The translations under genes were made by a program, and so were the position numbers. Below, piece after piece: positions 10,664 to 20,446 of a stretch of 64,000 nt of DNA (position 1 is the first letter of the stretch; each line of letters begins with the position of its first letter). A model generated the notes under the pieces. It was given only the letters and a program-made list of their open reading frames with translations, made no database searches and was not told the origin of the DNA. Location: NCBI GenBank assembly GCA_964650255.1, contig CAZYQT010000004.1, positions 6,501 to 70,500 of the forward strand, given 5' to 3'. The DNA comes from an uncultured Candidatus Saccharibacteria bacterium (lineage in GTDB: Bacteria > Patescibacteriota > Doudnabacteria > UBA920).

Positions 10664-10768
10664 AATTATAAAGTTTTTACAGCCTTTCTGCAAATTAAGT
10701 GAAACAGTGCGCTGAGTAACTAATTATGGTATAATATAAAAAATTTCTAACGAAACTAAAACAAAAAC

Positions 10769-12490
10769 ATGAACCAGATGTTCCTGGAACTCACCGGCAT
10801 TCTGATTGTCGCGGGAATCATTGCTTATGTGCTTCACTTTTTAAGGCAACCTAGCATTATTGCTTACATAATTACCGGTTTACTGATCGGCCCTTTTGCA
10901 TTGTATCGTTTGCAACACGGAGAAATTTTACACAGCCTTTCGGAAATTGGTATCACACTCCTGTTGTTCATGGTGGGGCTAGATCTAGATATCTCCCAAC
11001 TAAAAAAAATTGGCAAATCTGCGGTCCTAGCAGGGGTTGGTCAGGTTATTTTCACCTGCGCTGCTGGTTTTGGCATTGTGACTCTGCTCGGCTTTTCTCT
11101 AGTACCGGCGATATATATTTCCCTGGCACTAACTTTTTCATCAACGATTATTGTAGTGAAGCTGTTGTCGGAAAAGAAGGATATGCAAAGCTTGTATGGC
11201 AAGCTAGCAGTGGGAATTTTTTTAGTCCAAGATATCGTTGCAATATTTACACTAGTTTTAGTTTCCAGTTTTACCAATACTGGCGCTACTGTACTGACTA
11301 GTTCTGGAATATACGGCAGCATCATATTAAGCCTAGCCAAAGCTTTTATGATCGGTGTGGTTGTGATCACCTTGAGTCGAGTGGTTTTTCCACGGTTACT
11401 AAAAACTTTAACCAAATCCGATGAGCTAACCTTGCTCTTTTCCTTAGGATGGGCTTTGGGCTTAGCATCGCTGTTCAGCTCCTCTTTTATTGGCTTTAAC
11501 GCTGCCATAGGTGGGTTTGTGGCAGGTCTTGCATTGGCAAATACTGGTGCTCATTACCAAATTAGCGGGCGAATTAAACCTCTCCGAGACTTCTTTATAA
11601 TTATTTTCTTTATTGTCTTGGGTTCGCAATTAGTGTTTACAGAAATCCATGCGGCGATTTTTCCGGCGCTCATACTGACGGTCTTTGTGCTTATTGGCAA
11701 CCCGCTAATTGTCACTATTATCTTAGGATTTCTGGGTTACAAGCTGCGGACTTCGTTTATGACTGGGGTTACGGTAGCGCAAATTTCTGAATTTAGTTTA
11801 ATCCTAATGACATTGGCCCAAGCTTCTGGTAGCGTAACCGAAACGCATGTTACCATCGTCACTCTTGTCGGAATTACCACAATCGGTATCTCATCATACG
11901 GAATTTTATTTTCTAATAGGCTATACGAGAAGTTAATCAGCCGAGTTGCGCAATTCTTTGAAGGGCGCACCAAACCAACCGAACGTGCGCTGGGTGACAC
12001 TGTGTACAAAAGACATATTTTAGTAGTAGGTGCGCATCGCTTAGGGGCCCACATGATTAACGCTCTAATAAAACAAAAAGAGCAATTTATTGTTGTTGAT
12101 TTTAACCCAGACGTTACCAGCCACTACGAAGAACAAGGCATACCAGCAGTTTGCGGAGACATTTCCGACCCGTATATCCAGGAAGTAGTAAATTTAGAGG
12201 ATGCCAGAATGATAATTTGTACTATCCCCGACTTCCATGACACCCTCGCTTTAATCGAGGCTGTTCGAAATAACTTCCGAAAACGTCCTAAACTAATAGT
12301 GGCGGCAAGTGACGAAGAAGAGGCTTTAGAACTTTATAACAAAGGGGCTGGCTATGTATTGTTGCCCCACTTCGTTGGAGCCATGCATTTAGTGCATGTA
12401 GTTGAGCAGAGCGCCGATGCCCGCAGTCTAGCTAAACTCAAAGATCGCCATCTTAAAACCTTACAACGATCCATCAAGTCCACTACATAG
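10769..12490 (+). CDS. monovalent cation:proton antiporter (CPA2, Kef-type) with C-terminal RCK/TrkA-N domain
   Basis: About 390-aa polytopic N-terminal transporter domain plus a Rossmann-like RCK domain (ILVVGAHRLG...). Confidence 0.75.
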   Translation: MNQMFLELTGILIVAGIIAYVLHFLRQPSIIAYIITGLLIGPFALYRLQHGEILHSLSEIGITLLLFMVGLDLDISQLKKIGKSAVLAGVGQVIFTCAAGFGIVTLLGFSLVPAIYISLALTFSSTIIVVKLLSEKKDMQSLYGKLAVGIFLVQDIVAIFTLVLVSSFTNTGATVLTSSGIYGSIILSLAKAFMIGVVVITLSRVVFPRLLKTLTKSDELTLLFSLGWALGLASLFSSSFIGFNAAIGGFVAGLALANTGAHYQISGRIKPLRDFFIIIFFIVLGSQLVFTEIHAAIFPALILTVFVLIGNPLIVTIILGFLGYKLRTSFMTGVTVAQISEFSLILMTLAQASGSVTETHVTIVTLVGITTIGISSYGILFSNRLYEKLISRVAQFFEGRTKPTERALGDTVYKRHILVVGAHRLGAHMINALIKQKEQFIVVDFNPDVTSHYEEQGIPAVCGDISDPYIQEVVNLEDARMIICTIPDFHDTLALIEAVRNNFRKRPKLIVAASDEEEALELYNKGAGYVLLPHFVGAMHLVHVVEQSADARSLAKLKDRHLKTLQRSIKSTT

Positions 12491-12520
12491 CCGCCCTGAT
12501 AGCCTGAGGCGGCTTTTTTT
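12490..12520 (+). terminator. rho-independent terminator (gccgcc..ggcggc plus T7)
   Basis: Hairpin and T-run immediately after the antiporter stop and before the cysS start. Confidence 0.6.
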
Positions 12521-12534
12521 GATACAATCTGTCT

Positions 12535-13881
12535 ATGTTTAACCTCTACAATACACTCACCCGCAAAATTGAACCGATCGAACCTACTGACGGCAAAACC
12601 ATCAATCTCTACACTTGTGGCCCAACGGTTTACAATTTTGTGCATATTGGGAATTTGCGCTCGTACATTGCAGCCGATTTGCTTTATCGTGCACTGGTTT
12701 ACAATGGCTACGATGTAAAATATGTCATGAATATTACAGATGTTGACGACAAGACTATAAAAGGTGCGATTGAAGAATTTGGCCCTGAAGCTACTGTGCA
12801 AAATTTACATGAATTTACTACGCGCTATTTGGAAGCTTTTCTGGAAGATTTAGGAGCGGTTAATATTGATGCAAACAACATTCGCATGATTCGCGTGTCA
12901 GAAGTAATTCCGGAAATTCAAGCTTTCATTTTAGAGCTTATTGAAAAAGGCTATGCCTACCAAACCGATGACGGGGTTTACTTTAGTATCGAAAAGTACC
13001 AAGCGGATTTTCACGACTACGGCGCTTTGGTCGGAGAAAAATTTCTTGATGGCAAAAAAATTGGTGCCCGCGTTGCTGTTGATGAATACGACAAGGACAA
13101 TTTGTCGGACTTTGCGCTTTGGAAAAAACACACCGATGCTGATGCAAACATTTTTTGGGATCACCCAACTTTAGGTAAAGGCCGCCCTGGTTGGCATATT
13201 GAGTGTTCGGTAATTAACAAAGTTGGTTTTGGCAATAGCGCGATAGATATTCACACTGGTGGTGTTGATTTAATTTTCCCTCATCATACCAATGAGATTG
13301 CTCAGTCGCAACCACTGGGTCCATTTGTAAAACACTGGTTCCATGGCGAGCACTTGCAGGTGGCGGATGAAAAAATGGCCAAGTCCAAGAAAAACTTTTT
13401 CACACTTCGTGATATCGAAGAAAGAGGTTTTTCTGGCTTAGACTTGCGTTACACATTCCTACAAAGCCATTACCAAACTCAAAGCAACTTTACATGGGAA
13501 GCCTTGGAAGCTTCGCATGCGGCTTTAACAAAGTTAAAAAATACTGCAAAGACTTTGTCACAATCCGATACAAGTGATTCCGAAACAAATGACCCAGCTT
13601 TTACCAATAACTTAAACGATAATTTAAATATCCCAAAGGCCCTAGCTACTGCTTGGGAAAATAAATCTAACCTACTTGAGTACGATACAGTTCTTGGCCT
13701 TGGCTTAAGCGATTCAAGCCACCTGGAAGTGCCAGATGAAATTCAAGTCCTATTGAACGAAAGGCAAATGGCCCGCGACAATAAGGACTTTGCGAGATCC
13801 GACGAGCTCCGCGACAAGATTGCCACCCTAGGTTTTGAAGTTAAAGACACTAGTGAGGGGCAACAAATAAATCAGATATAA
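12535..13881 (+). CDS. cysS: cysteinyl-tRNA synthetase
   Basis: Class I aaRS with HIGH-like (VHIGNLRSY) and KMSKS-like (KMAKS) motifs. 448 aa. Confidence 0.9.
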   Translation: MFNLYNTLTRKIEPIEPTDGKTINLYTCGPTVYNFVHIGNLRSYIAADLLYRALVYNGYDVKYVMNITDVDDKTIKGAIEEFGPEATVQNLHEFTTRYLEAFLEDLGAVNIDANNIRMIRVSEVIPEIQAFILELIEKGYAYQTDDGVYFSIEKYQADFHDYGALVGEKFLDGKKIGARVAVDEYDKDNLSDFALWKKHTDADANIFWDHPTLGKGRPGWHIECSVINKVGFGNSAIDIHTGGVDLIFPHHTNEIAQSQPLGPFVKHWFHGEHLQVADEKMAKSKKNFFTLRDIEERGFSGLDLRYTFLQSHYQTQSNFTWEALEASHAALTKLKNTAKTLSQSDTSDSETNDPAFTNNLNDNLNIPKALATAWENKSNLLEYDTVLGLGLSDSSHLEVPDEIQVLLNERQMARDNKDFARSDELRDKIATLGFEVKDTSEGQQINQI

Positions 13882-13885
13882 AAAA

Positions 13886-13910
13886 ATAAAGGTCCGAAGG
13901 GGCCTTTATT
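13886..13910. terminator. hairpin terminator after cysS (aaaggtccgaaggggccttt)
   Basis: Stem-loop with flanking A and T runs. Confidence 0.5.
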
Positions 13911-13930
13911 CATAAGTGATCTTGTCATGT

Positions 13931-14302
13931 TCATTGCGGCTCAAGGCAGGAGACATTGCGGGCAATGTTTCTTACTTCGGAATTCGCAAGAGTATTTTGG
14001 TCGTACTCAATTCGGCAAATCTTGCCTACTATGCTTTTTCCGAGAGCACTTTGATTTTCAAAACGGATGCTCCCCTGTCCCTCAAAAGTCACTACTGAAG
14101 TAACGTGAAGTGGTTTATAATCTGTTTTGTTGACCATCCTTAGGATCAAACCAGAGATTACTTTCTTCTGTGTGGTTACGTTCGGTGATTCCATCGGAGC
14201 AACAGTGCTATTTTGTGGTAGCTCCACCCGATTCGATTGCTTGCTTAAGCAGCAACTCGAAAATAAAACAACTAAAATTACAAAAGCTAAAGCAATTCGC
14301 AT
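13931..14302 (-). CDS. small secreted/lipoprotein, hypothetical
   Basis: N-terminal signal peptide with Cys cluster (VVLFSSCC). 123 aa. Confidence 0.4.
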   Translation of the reverse strand: MRIALAFVILVVLFSSCCLSKQSNRVELPQNSTVAPMESPNVTTQKKVISGLILRMVNKTDYKPLHVTSVVTFEGQGSIRFENQSALGKSIVGKICRIEYDQNTLANSEVRNIARNVSCLEPQ

Positions 14303-14408
14303 AACTGTTCATCATCCCCTTTTAAATTGTTGTGAAGTTTTTGCAATTATATGACATTTTATGCCTTCCGTCAAGGACGAAATAATTCAATATTTATAAG
14401 CGCTTAAA

Positions 14409-14442
14409 TAAAAAACTGAGGCAACTGTTTAAGTCGCCTCAA
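14409..14442 (-). terminator. rho-independent terminator for the 14464-15621 gene
   Basis: tgaggc...gcctca hairpin. On the minus strand it is followed by a T-run (A6 on the plus strand). Confidence 0.5.
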
Positions 14443-14463
14443 GTTTAATAAAACAAAGGTTGT

Positions 14464-15621
14464 CTAACGATTATGCTCGACTCTCAATTCGAGACCGTAC
14501 TCACTCAAGTACTGAACCACCTCTTGAAGGCAAACCCGACCAAAGTTCTTCGTGCCCATAAGGTCACGGGGTGTCCGCCTAACCAGATCAGCACCAGTGC
14601 GAATATCAGCATTAAGTAGACAGTTCGTTGTCCGTTGGGAGAAATCAAGATGCCTGGTCTCGGTGTCCAAAAATTGCTCAGTCGTAAGTTTGGCAAATTT
14701 TATTACCTTTTCCACGACCTTTTCTGACTCCGCGTCAGCCACACTTCCAAGCTCAAGATAACGATCGGCCAAAGAACTCCTGCTCGCTTTCAAAATCAAA
14801 GCGCGCTTATTGCCACGCTTTAATGAATCAAGAGCATGCCACTCGGCCGACCTAATCATACTCGCACTTACCTTGTAAATCCGGCTAAGTTCAGCGTAAG
14901 TTTTAGGGTTGCACCCAAAACCAAACCTGTGAACCAACAAACTTTTACGTTTAGGTTCAAGCATGTTCAATGCCGCATCTATCAATCTGTGGTCGACCGG
15001 ATTTTGGATTGTTGACCAACGACCGTTAATCATTTGTTCAACCACCCGAGCAAACATATCCTTAGATTGTTCAGAGATTTTTTCTCGAGCCAGAATCATG
15101 GAATCGAGCTGTTCTCTTACTGCGGTACTCAGCTTTGGAGTTTCCGATGGAAACAAAGCTTCCGCAAGATTAACATACGGGTCACTTGATGCTACCCGCT
15201 TCGGCATCGCCTGCACGATCTGGCGCCAAGCTGGTGCAAAATCATCACCAGGTCGTTCGAATTGCCAATAGTCAAAATAGAGCTTTTCGAACAACTCAGT
15301 TGCCAAATCGGCGTTGATCTTACCTTTCACCCTAATATAGGGCACTAAGTTTGATGGAGCCTGCAAGACATTGGCATAGGCCCGCAGTGTGTTAATAAAA
15401 GTGAGCGGGTATGGGATGGATGGCAGATTTAATATTCTGCGCAATTGAGCCCACCTTCTGCGCACCTCATCGCGGTTGAACTTGCCATATAGAACGATTA
15501 GGTTCATAGGCACCCCCAGGGTTATAAAACAAGATAACGAATCTCTTAATGAATCTTCCTTAGACATAATTTCCTCCGTGTAGTTTGAATTTTGTACGAT
15601 TAGTACTTTTGATTTTACCAA
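14464..15621 (-). CDS. putative transcription factor: unknown N-terminal domain plus sigma-70 region-4-like HTH plus RNAP alpha-subunit C-terminal-domain-like HhH
   Basis: The segment KRKSLLVHRFGFGCNPKTYAELSRIYKVSASMIRSAEWHALDSLKR fits the sigma-70 region 4 pattern. The segment LDFSQRTTNCLLNADIRTGADLVRRTPRDLMGTKNFGRVCLQEVVQYLSEYGLEL closely fits the alpha-CTD consensus (LSVRSYNCLKRAGI..GDL....EDLLKIRNFGRKSLEEI...L...GL.L). Confidence 0.5.
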   Translation of the reverse strand: MVKSKVLIVQNSNYTEEIMSKEDSLRDSLSCFITLGVPMNLIVLYGKFNRDEVRRRWAQLRRILNLPSIPYPLTFINTLRAYANVLQAPSNLVPYIRVKGKINADLATELFEKLYFDYWQFERPGDDFAPAWRQIVQAMPKRVASSDPYVNLAEALFPSETPKLSTAVREQLDSMILAREKISEQSKDMFARVVEQMINGRWSTIQNPVDHRLIDAALNMLEPKRKSLLVHRFGFGCNPKTYAELSRIYKVSASMIRSAEWHALDSLKRGNKRALILKASRSSLADRYLELGSVADAESEKVVEKVIKFAKLTTEQFLDTETRHLDFSQRTTNCLLNADIRTGADLVRRTPRDLMGTKNFGRVCLQEVVQYLSEYGLELRVEHNR

Positions 15622-15690
15622 CTATACCACAAGAGTATGCGATAGTCAACTCTACCACGCTACCCAAAAATCCGCTACAATGAATAAACT

Positions 15691-17100
15691 ATGGCTACTA
15701 CAGGCAACAACTCCATAGACCGGCTGCCGCCTCAGAATCTAGAAGCAGAAACTGCTCTTTTGGGCTGTTTAATGCTAGATAAAGATGCGATTATCCAAAT
15801 TGCTGACCAAATAATAACAGATGATTTTTACGACTATCGTCACCGCCTTATTTACGAAGCAATTTTAGAATTATTTGAACGAAGCGTTTCCATCGATGTG
15901 CTTACTGTTTCCAACTCACTGGCTGAAAAGGGCCAAACAGATAAAGTCGGCGGCACCAGCTATTTAACTACATTAGTGAGCGCTGTGCCATCTGCCGCGC
16001 ACGCCACTTACTACGCCAGCATTGTTCGCAAAAAAGGCACGCTTCGTCGCTTAATTCAGTCTGCATCAGAAATTACTAACTTGGCATTCACCGAAGAAGG
16101 TGAGATTGAAAATATTTTGGATAGCGCTGAACAAAAACTGTTCAACATTTCCCAAAAGCATTTAAAGCAAAACTTTGTCTCTATTAGCAACGTGCTTCAC
16201 GAAACTTTTGAGCGCATTGATCTTTTGCACAAAGATAAAGACCAAGGTCGATTGCGAGGCCTCCCAACTGGCTTCTTCGACTTAGATAAAAAACTTGGCG
16301 GCCTGCAAAAATCTGACTTGATTATTCTTGCTGCGCGTCCTTCCATGGGTAAAACTTCTTTGGCTTTGGACATTATGCGCTACGTGGCAGTCCACACCAA
16401 AACTCCGGTAGGAATTTTCTCTTTGGAAATGAGTAAAGATCAGTTGGTGGATCGTCTACTTGCTGCACAAACCGATATTGAGTTTTGGAAAATTCGTACT
16501 GGCCAACTTGAGGATGCAGATTTTGAACGCCTTCAAGAAGGTATGGGTATGCTAGCTGACTCGCCTATTTATATTGATGACACTGCTAGCGGTAACATTA
16601 TGGAAATTCGCACCAAGGCGCGTCGTCTTCAGGCTGAACACAATTTAGGATTGATTATTGTCGACTATTTACAGTTAATGGCTGGCCGAAACACGGAAAA
16701 CCGCGTACAAGAAGTTTCTGAAATTTCTCGTTCGTTGAAGATTTTAGCTCGTGAGTTAAACGTTCCGGTATTAGCTCTATCTCAGTTGTCTCGTGGGGTG
16801 GAAAGCCGTCCAGACAAACTACCTCAGTTATCTGACCTCCGTGAATCTGGTTCGATTGAGCAAGATGCAGACATTGTTATGTTTATTTACCGCGAAGATA
16901 TGTACAAAGCTCCGGATTCTCCAGACACGGGTGTAGCGAAGATTTTAATCAAGAAACATCGTAACGGTCCGACTGGTGATATTGACCTTAACTTTGATGG
17001 CAGCAAGACCAGTTTCAGCAACCGCACAACTGCGTTCGACACAAGTCCACAAGCAGTTATGGAGACTCTGGCCACTAGCAGTGCTGAAGAAGAAATTTAA
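15691..17100 (+). CDS. dnaB: replicative DNA helicase
   Basis: 469 aa. N-terminal DnaB domain (LPPQNLEAETALLGCLM), Walker A (RPSMGKTSLAL) and RecA-like C-terminus. Confidence 0.95.
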   Translation: MATTGNNSIDRLPPQNLEAETALLGCLMLDKDAIIQIADQIITDDFYDYRHRLIYEAILELFERSVSIDVLTVSNSLAEKGQTDKVGGTSYLTTLVSAVPSAAHATYYASIVRKKGTLRRLIQSASEITNLAFTEEGEIENILDSAEQKLFNISQKHLKQNFVSISNVLHETFERIDLLHKDKDQGRLRGLPTGFFDLDKKLGGLQKSDLIILAARPSMGKTSLALDIMRYVAVHTKTPVGIFSLEMSKDQLVDRLLAAQTDIEFWKIRTGQLEDADFERLQEGMGMLADSPIYIDDTASGNIMEIRTKARRLQAEHNLGLIIVDYLQLMAGRNTENRVQEVSEISRSLKILARELNVPVLALSQLSRGVESRPDKLPQLSDLRESGSIEQDADIVMFIYREDMYKAPDSPDTGVAKILIKKHRNGPTGDIDLNFDGSKTSFSNRTTAFDTSPQAVMETLATSSAEEEI

Positions 17101-17112
17101 ACAAAATTTTTA

Positions 17113-17712
17113 ATGTTAAAACTCCCATCATCGCTTGAACGAGTGATAAATGAATTTGGCAAACTTCCTGGCATTGGGCCTAAAACTGCCCAACGCCTAG
17201 CTTTTTATTTGCTCAAAAAAGAATCTGTAGATATTAACGGCTTGTCAGATGCTGTCCGCGCTTTGAAGACAGATATTACATTTTGCACGCAGTGTCACAA
17301 TATGGCCGAAACTGATCCATGCAGTATTTGCGCAGACCAAAACCGTGACCACACTTTAATTTGCGTTGTAGAAGAACCTTTAGACGCCCTTGCTTTAGAC
17401 AAAACCGGGCAGTTCAAAGGTGTTTTCCACATTCTTGGCGGCGTTCTTAACCCAATGGAAGGGATTGGTCCAGAACAACTCAACATTGCATCGCTTCAAA
17501 AAAGAATTACTGACCTTGGTGTAAAGGAAATTATTATTGCTACTAACCCAACTCTTGAAGGTGAAACCACTGCAATGCACATTTCGAAATTTTTGAAAGA
17601 CACAGATGTGCGCGTAACCCGCATTGCCCGCGGCCTACCAATGGGCGGCGACCTCGAGTATGCAGACGAAATTACCCTATCTCGAGCACTTGAAGGGCGA
17701 AGAGAATATTAA
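17113..17712 (+). CDS. recR: recombination protein RecR
   Basis: HhH (LPGIGPKTAQRLAF), C4 zinc finger (CTQCHN...CSIC) and Toprim domain. Confidence 0.9.
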   Translation: MLKLPSSLERVINEFGKLPGIGPKTAQRLAFYLLKKESVDINGLSDAVRALKTDITFCTQCHNMAETDPCSICADQNRDHTLICVVEEPLDALALDKTGQFKGVFHILGGVLNPMEGIGPEQLNIASLQKRITDLGVKEIIIATNPTLEGETTAMHISKFLKDTDVRVTRIARGLPMGGDLEYADEITLSRALEGRREY

Positions 17713-17738
17713 AAAACCGCCAACTGGCGGTTTTTTTA
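17711..17738. terminator. bidirectional terminator (aaaaaaccgccaactggcggttttttt)
   Basis: Perfect hairpin with A6/T7 flanks between convergent recR and the HtrA-like gene. Confidence 0.65.
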
Positions 17739-18833
17739 TTACAACTGCTTCGGAGTAATAGTAATAGTTATGGTTTGGCCGTTTCTCTGAACTTGAAACA
17801 CCTGCGGTTGATTTGGTGGAGTGTTGGATAGTGCGTCAACCAATAAGAAATCATCATCAATAGTTTCACTACTAATATCTGTTATAATGTCACCCTTTTG
17901 TAGTCCGCCAACTGCAGCCGGACTCCCCACAACAACAGATGTAATTTGCGCACCTGGAGTTAGCTGCAATGCGCGCGCCTCAGCAACAGACAAGTGCTTG
18001 TAACTAAAACCGTAACTAGGGCGCAAAGCTTGGTTGTTGTCGCGGAAAAAATTGTTTGCAAACAATCTGATAGCATCAGCCCCAAGCACATCTGTTCCAT
18101 CCCACATTCCGGCCAGCTTGCCGCTTAAGTCTATAGCGGCTTGACCTGGTGCCAGGACTCCAACAGGCTGAATACTTATTGTGCGCTGGTCTCTATCGCT
18201 ATTAAATTCCTTACCAGAGACATCTGCAGAATAAGCGTGCATGTAGCTTTCTAAGAAAGTGGACTTATTTTGCGCCATAGCATTTAAGATTAACAGAATT
18301 TTTTCACCTGGCCTTAAATCTGCGCCGCTGACTGGTTCAATTGTAGATAAATTATTTGCATCGGTGTCGAGCATTACCAAGTTCGTAGCTGTGTCTGGAT
18401 AAGCTTTTTTAACCGGATAAATATCGCCGTTATTAAGAATAACTGCATAAGTTTTATTGGGTACAGGCAAAGCGGATTTCGATGTGACAAAATAACCATC
18501 CGCAGTCCAATTAATTGCCCCACCTGACAAAACAACCTTAGCATTTGACCCAGTGCCATCGTAATACACGACTAAAGACAACTTAGATTTTACTGCACTT
18601 GCCGTTTCTACCGCATCATTGGCATCACTAACGCGCACTGTTTCGCGGTTGGTAACAACGATTGGCGCCCGTGGGTTAAATACATTCCAATTACGCAGAC
18701 CTGGAAGCGTAGCCAGTCGGGCAGACAAAAAATTTCCAAACAGAATCTGTACAGCCAAAGCAATCAAGCTAGCGACTAAAATAACAATAACGATTTTATA
18801 TTTGCGCATAAAAATTAAGTTTGAATACTCCAC
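17739..18833 (-). CDS. membrane-anchored HtrA/DegP-like trypsin-fold protein with C-terminal PDZ domain, apparently lacking the catalytic Ser/His
   Basis: N-terminal TM, trypsin-like core and PDZ (GAQITSVVVGSPAAVGGLQKGDIITDI). The GNSGG serine motif position reads APGQAA. The His position appears substituted. Confidence 0.5.
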   Translation of the reverse strand: MEYSNLIFMRKYKIVIVILVASLIALAVQILFGNFLSARLATLPGLRNWNVFNPRAPIVVTNRETVRVSDANDAVETASAVKSKLSLVVYYDGTGSNAKVVLSGGAINWTADGYFVTSKSALPVPNKTYAVILNNGDIYPVKKAYPDTATNLVMLDTDANNLSTIEPVSGADLRPGEKILLILNAMAQNKSTFLESYMHAYSADVSGKEFNSDRDQRTISIQPVGVLAPGQAAIDLSGKLAGMWDGTDVLGADAIRLFANNFFRDNNQALRPSYGFSYKHLSVAEARALQLTPGAQITSVVVGSPAAVGGLQKGDIITDISSETIDDDFLLVDALSNTPPNQPQVFQVQRNGQTITITITPKQL

Positions 18834-19564
18834 GGCGTAGAAATAAACATTATCAGAGCCAAAGTTAATGCTAACACCAAATGGAATTGAACTTGTTTCC
18901 GTGTGAGGGTTTTATATAAGTAATGATAGTAAATAATCCAAAGAACGTACAGTAAGTTAAAAGTAAAGATGGCTAAAGCGCTGTAATGAAGCGGTAGGAA
19001 ACTAACTGCCCAAAATAATTCAGTGACAAAAAGGCCTAAGGACAAAGACGCGATCCACTTAATTAAGGGTGGGTCTGGAACTAATTCAAAGCTGGAACGT
19101 ACTAAAACCGACACACTCACAAAGACAATGAATAAATATAACACCCCGGGCAAAAGAAAATAATAACTAGAGCCAAAGATGGTTAAAAGCAACGCGGCGC
19201 TGGTTAATAAAAATTCATTCCACCCTAATTGCTGGCCAGTATTCCCAGCCAAACTTTCGAAGAAAAAAATAATGGGCACGCTTATGAGTAAAAACAAACC
19301 GCGTCCTACCCCGGATGGAATTAAAAAGAAAATCCCAAACCAAGTTACCAAAAAGTAAGGCAAGCGCAACCACACCCAAACATTCCATTGCTCCTGCTTG
19401 CGCATGTACCATCGGTTATAAAGAGCTACCGACACTACAAACAATGTAAATGCAACGACCATAAATCGAAACACAGGATTTGGGGAAGCATAAATTTGCG
19501 CACTCACCAAAAATAGGATTGCTATAACTGCACTGATTATTAAATGTAGACGTTTTAGAGACAT
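18815..19564 (-). CDS. hypothetical polytopic membrane protein
   Basis: 249 aa, highly hydrophobic with multiple predicted TM helices. Overlaps the downstream gene start. Confidence 0.4.
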   Translation of the reverse strand: MSLKRLHLIISAVIAILFLVSAQIYASPNPVFRFMVVAFTLFVVSVALYNRWYMRKQEQWNVWVWLRLPYFLVTWFGIFFLIPSGVGRGLFLLISVPIIFFFESLAGNTGQQLGWNEFLLTSAALLLTIFGSSYYFLLPGVLYLFIVFVSVSVLVRSSFELVPDPPLIKWIASLSLGLFVTELFWAVSFLPLHYSALAIFTFNLLYVLWIIYYHYLYKTLTRKQVQFHLVLALTLALIMFISTPWSIQT

Positions 19565-19567
19565 AAG

Positions 19568-20437
19568 TTATGTTTGAGATTTCCGATTTCGATGAATCCA
19601 CAGCACGGCCGCAAAAATGGCCAAGACCATTGCGACCACTGCATTAATGCGAATATTGGCATAGGTAATGCTCCCTACTCGCAAAAATTCCAGGAAAAAC
19701 CTCATCACATTATACAGGAATAGCCACAGTAGGAAAAGCTGCCCAGGTCGCAATTTTAAGCGTAATAATAGCATCAAAATAACGATTGACCCGGATGCTT
19801 CGTACAGAAATAATGGATGGAAAAATTGGGCATTTTCGAAAGGGGCCAAACGAAACTGCTCGGGCACAAACATTTTCCAAGGCAGGGTGGTTGGATTACC
19901 AAACAATTCGTAATTAACAAAGTTTCCAAAACGTCCAATAATTTGACCAAGAACAACGCCGGGAGTAATCCAATCCAACAATTGCATCATTGAGTATTTA
20001 GAAAAGTACTTCCGATACGCCACCAAACCAATAAAACCTCCCAAGTCTGCTCCGAAAATACTCAACCCACCATTCCATACTGCAATAATTTGCCTGGGAT
20101 GTTCGAAGTAAAATGGGGCCTCAGAAAATACATGATACAACCGTGCGCCAACAAAACCACAGACAAGCACCAAAAACAAAAGGTTGTCCGCATCGGACTT
20201 TTCTATGCGGTACTTATGCCGAAGCTTCATTAGCAACCAATACCCAGACAGAGCTGCCAACCCAATTAGCAAACCATAGTATTGCAAATGTAAGCTACCT
20301 AGAGTTAAACTTTGTGGCAATATAATTTGACCGGAAAAGATCGGTTGAAGGATTAAAACAAAGCTAAAAAAACCGACTCCTCCTAAGGCAAGAGCGGTTG
20401 CCACTACGCTGAATATTTGTTTTTTGTCTGAAATCAT
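19568..20437 (-). CDS. lgt: prolipoprotein diacylglyceryl transferase
   Basis: Lgt signature motifs (GARLYH, GRFGNFVNYELFG, HPLFLYE). 289 aa, polytopic. Confidence 0.85.
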   Translation of the reverse strand: MISDKKQIFSVVATALALGGVGFFSFVLILQPIFSGQIILPQSLTLGSLHLQYYGLLIGLAALSGYWLLMKLRHKYRIEKSDADNLLFLVLVCGFVGARLYHVFSEAPFYFEHPRQIIAVWNGGLSIFGADLGGFIGLVAYRKYFSKYSMMQLLDWITPGVVLGQIIGRFGNFVNYELFGNPTTLPWKMFVPEQFRLAPFENAQFFHPLFLYEASGSIVILMLLLRLKLRPGQLFLLWLFLYNVMRFFLEFLRVGSITYANIRINAVVAMVLAIFAAVLWIHRNRKSQT

Positions 20438-20446
20438 AACAATTGA

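Noticed and set aside
12352-12801. 149-aa minus-strand ORF spanning the antiporter/cysS junction
   Set aside because: Antisense to two strongly supported genes and crosses their terminator.
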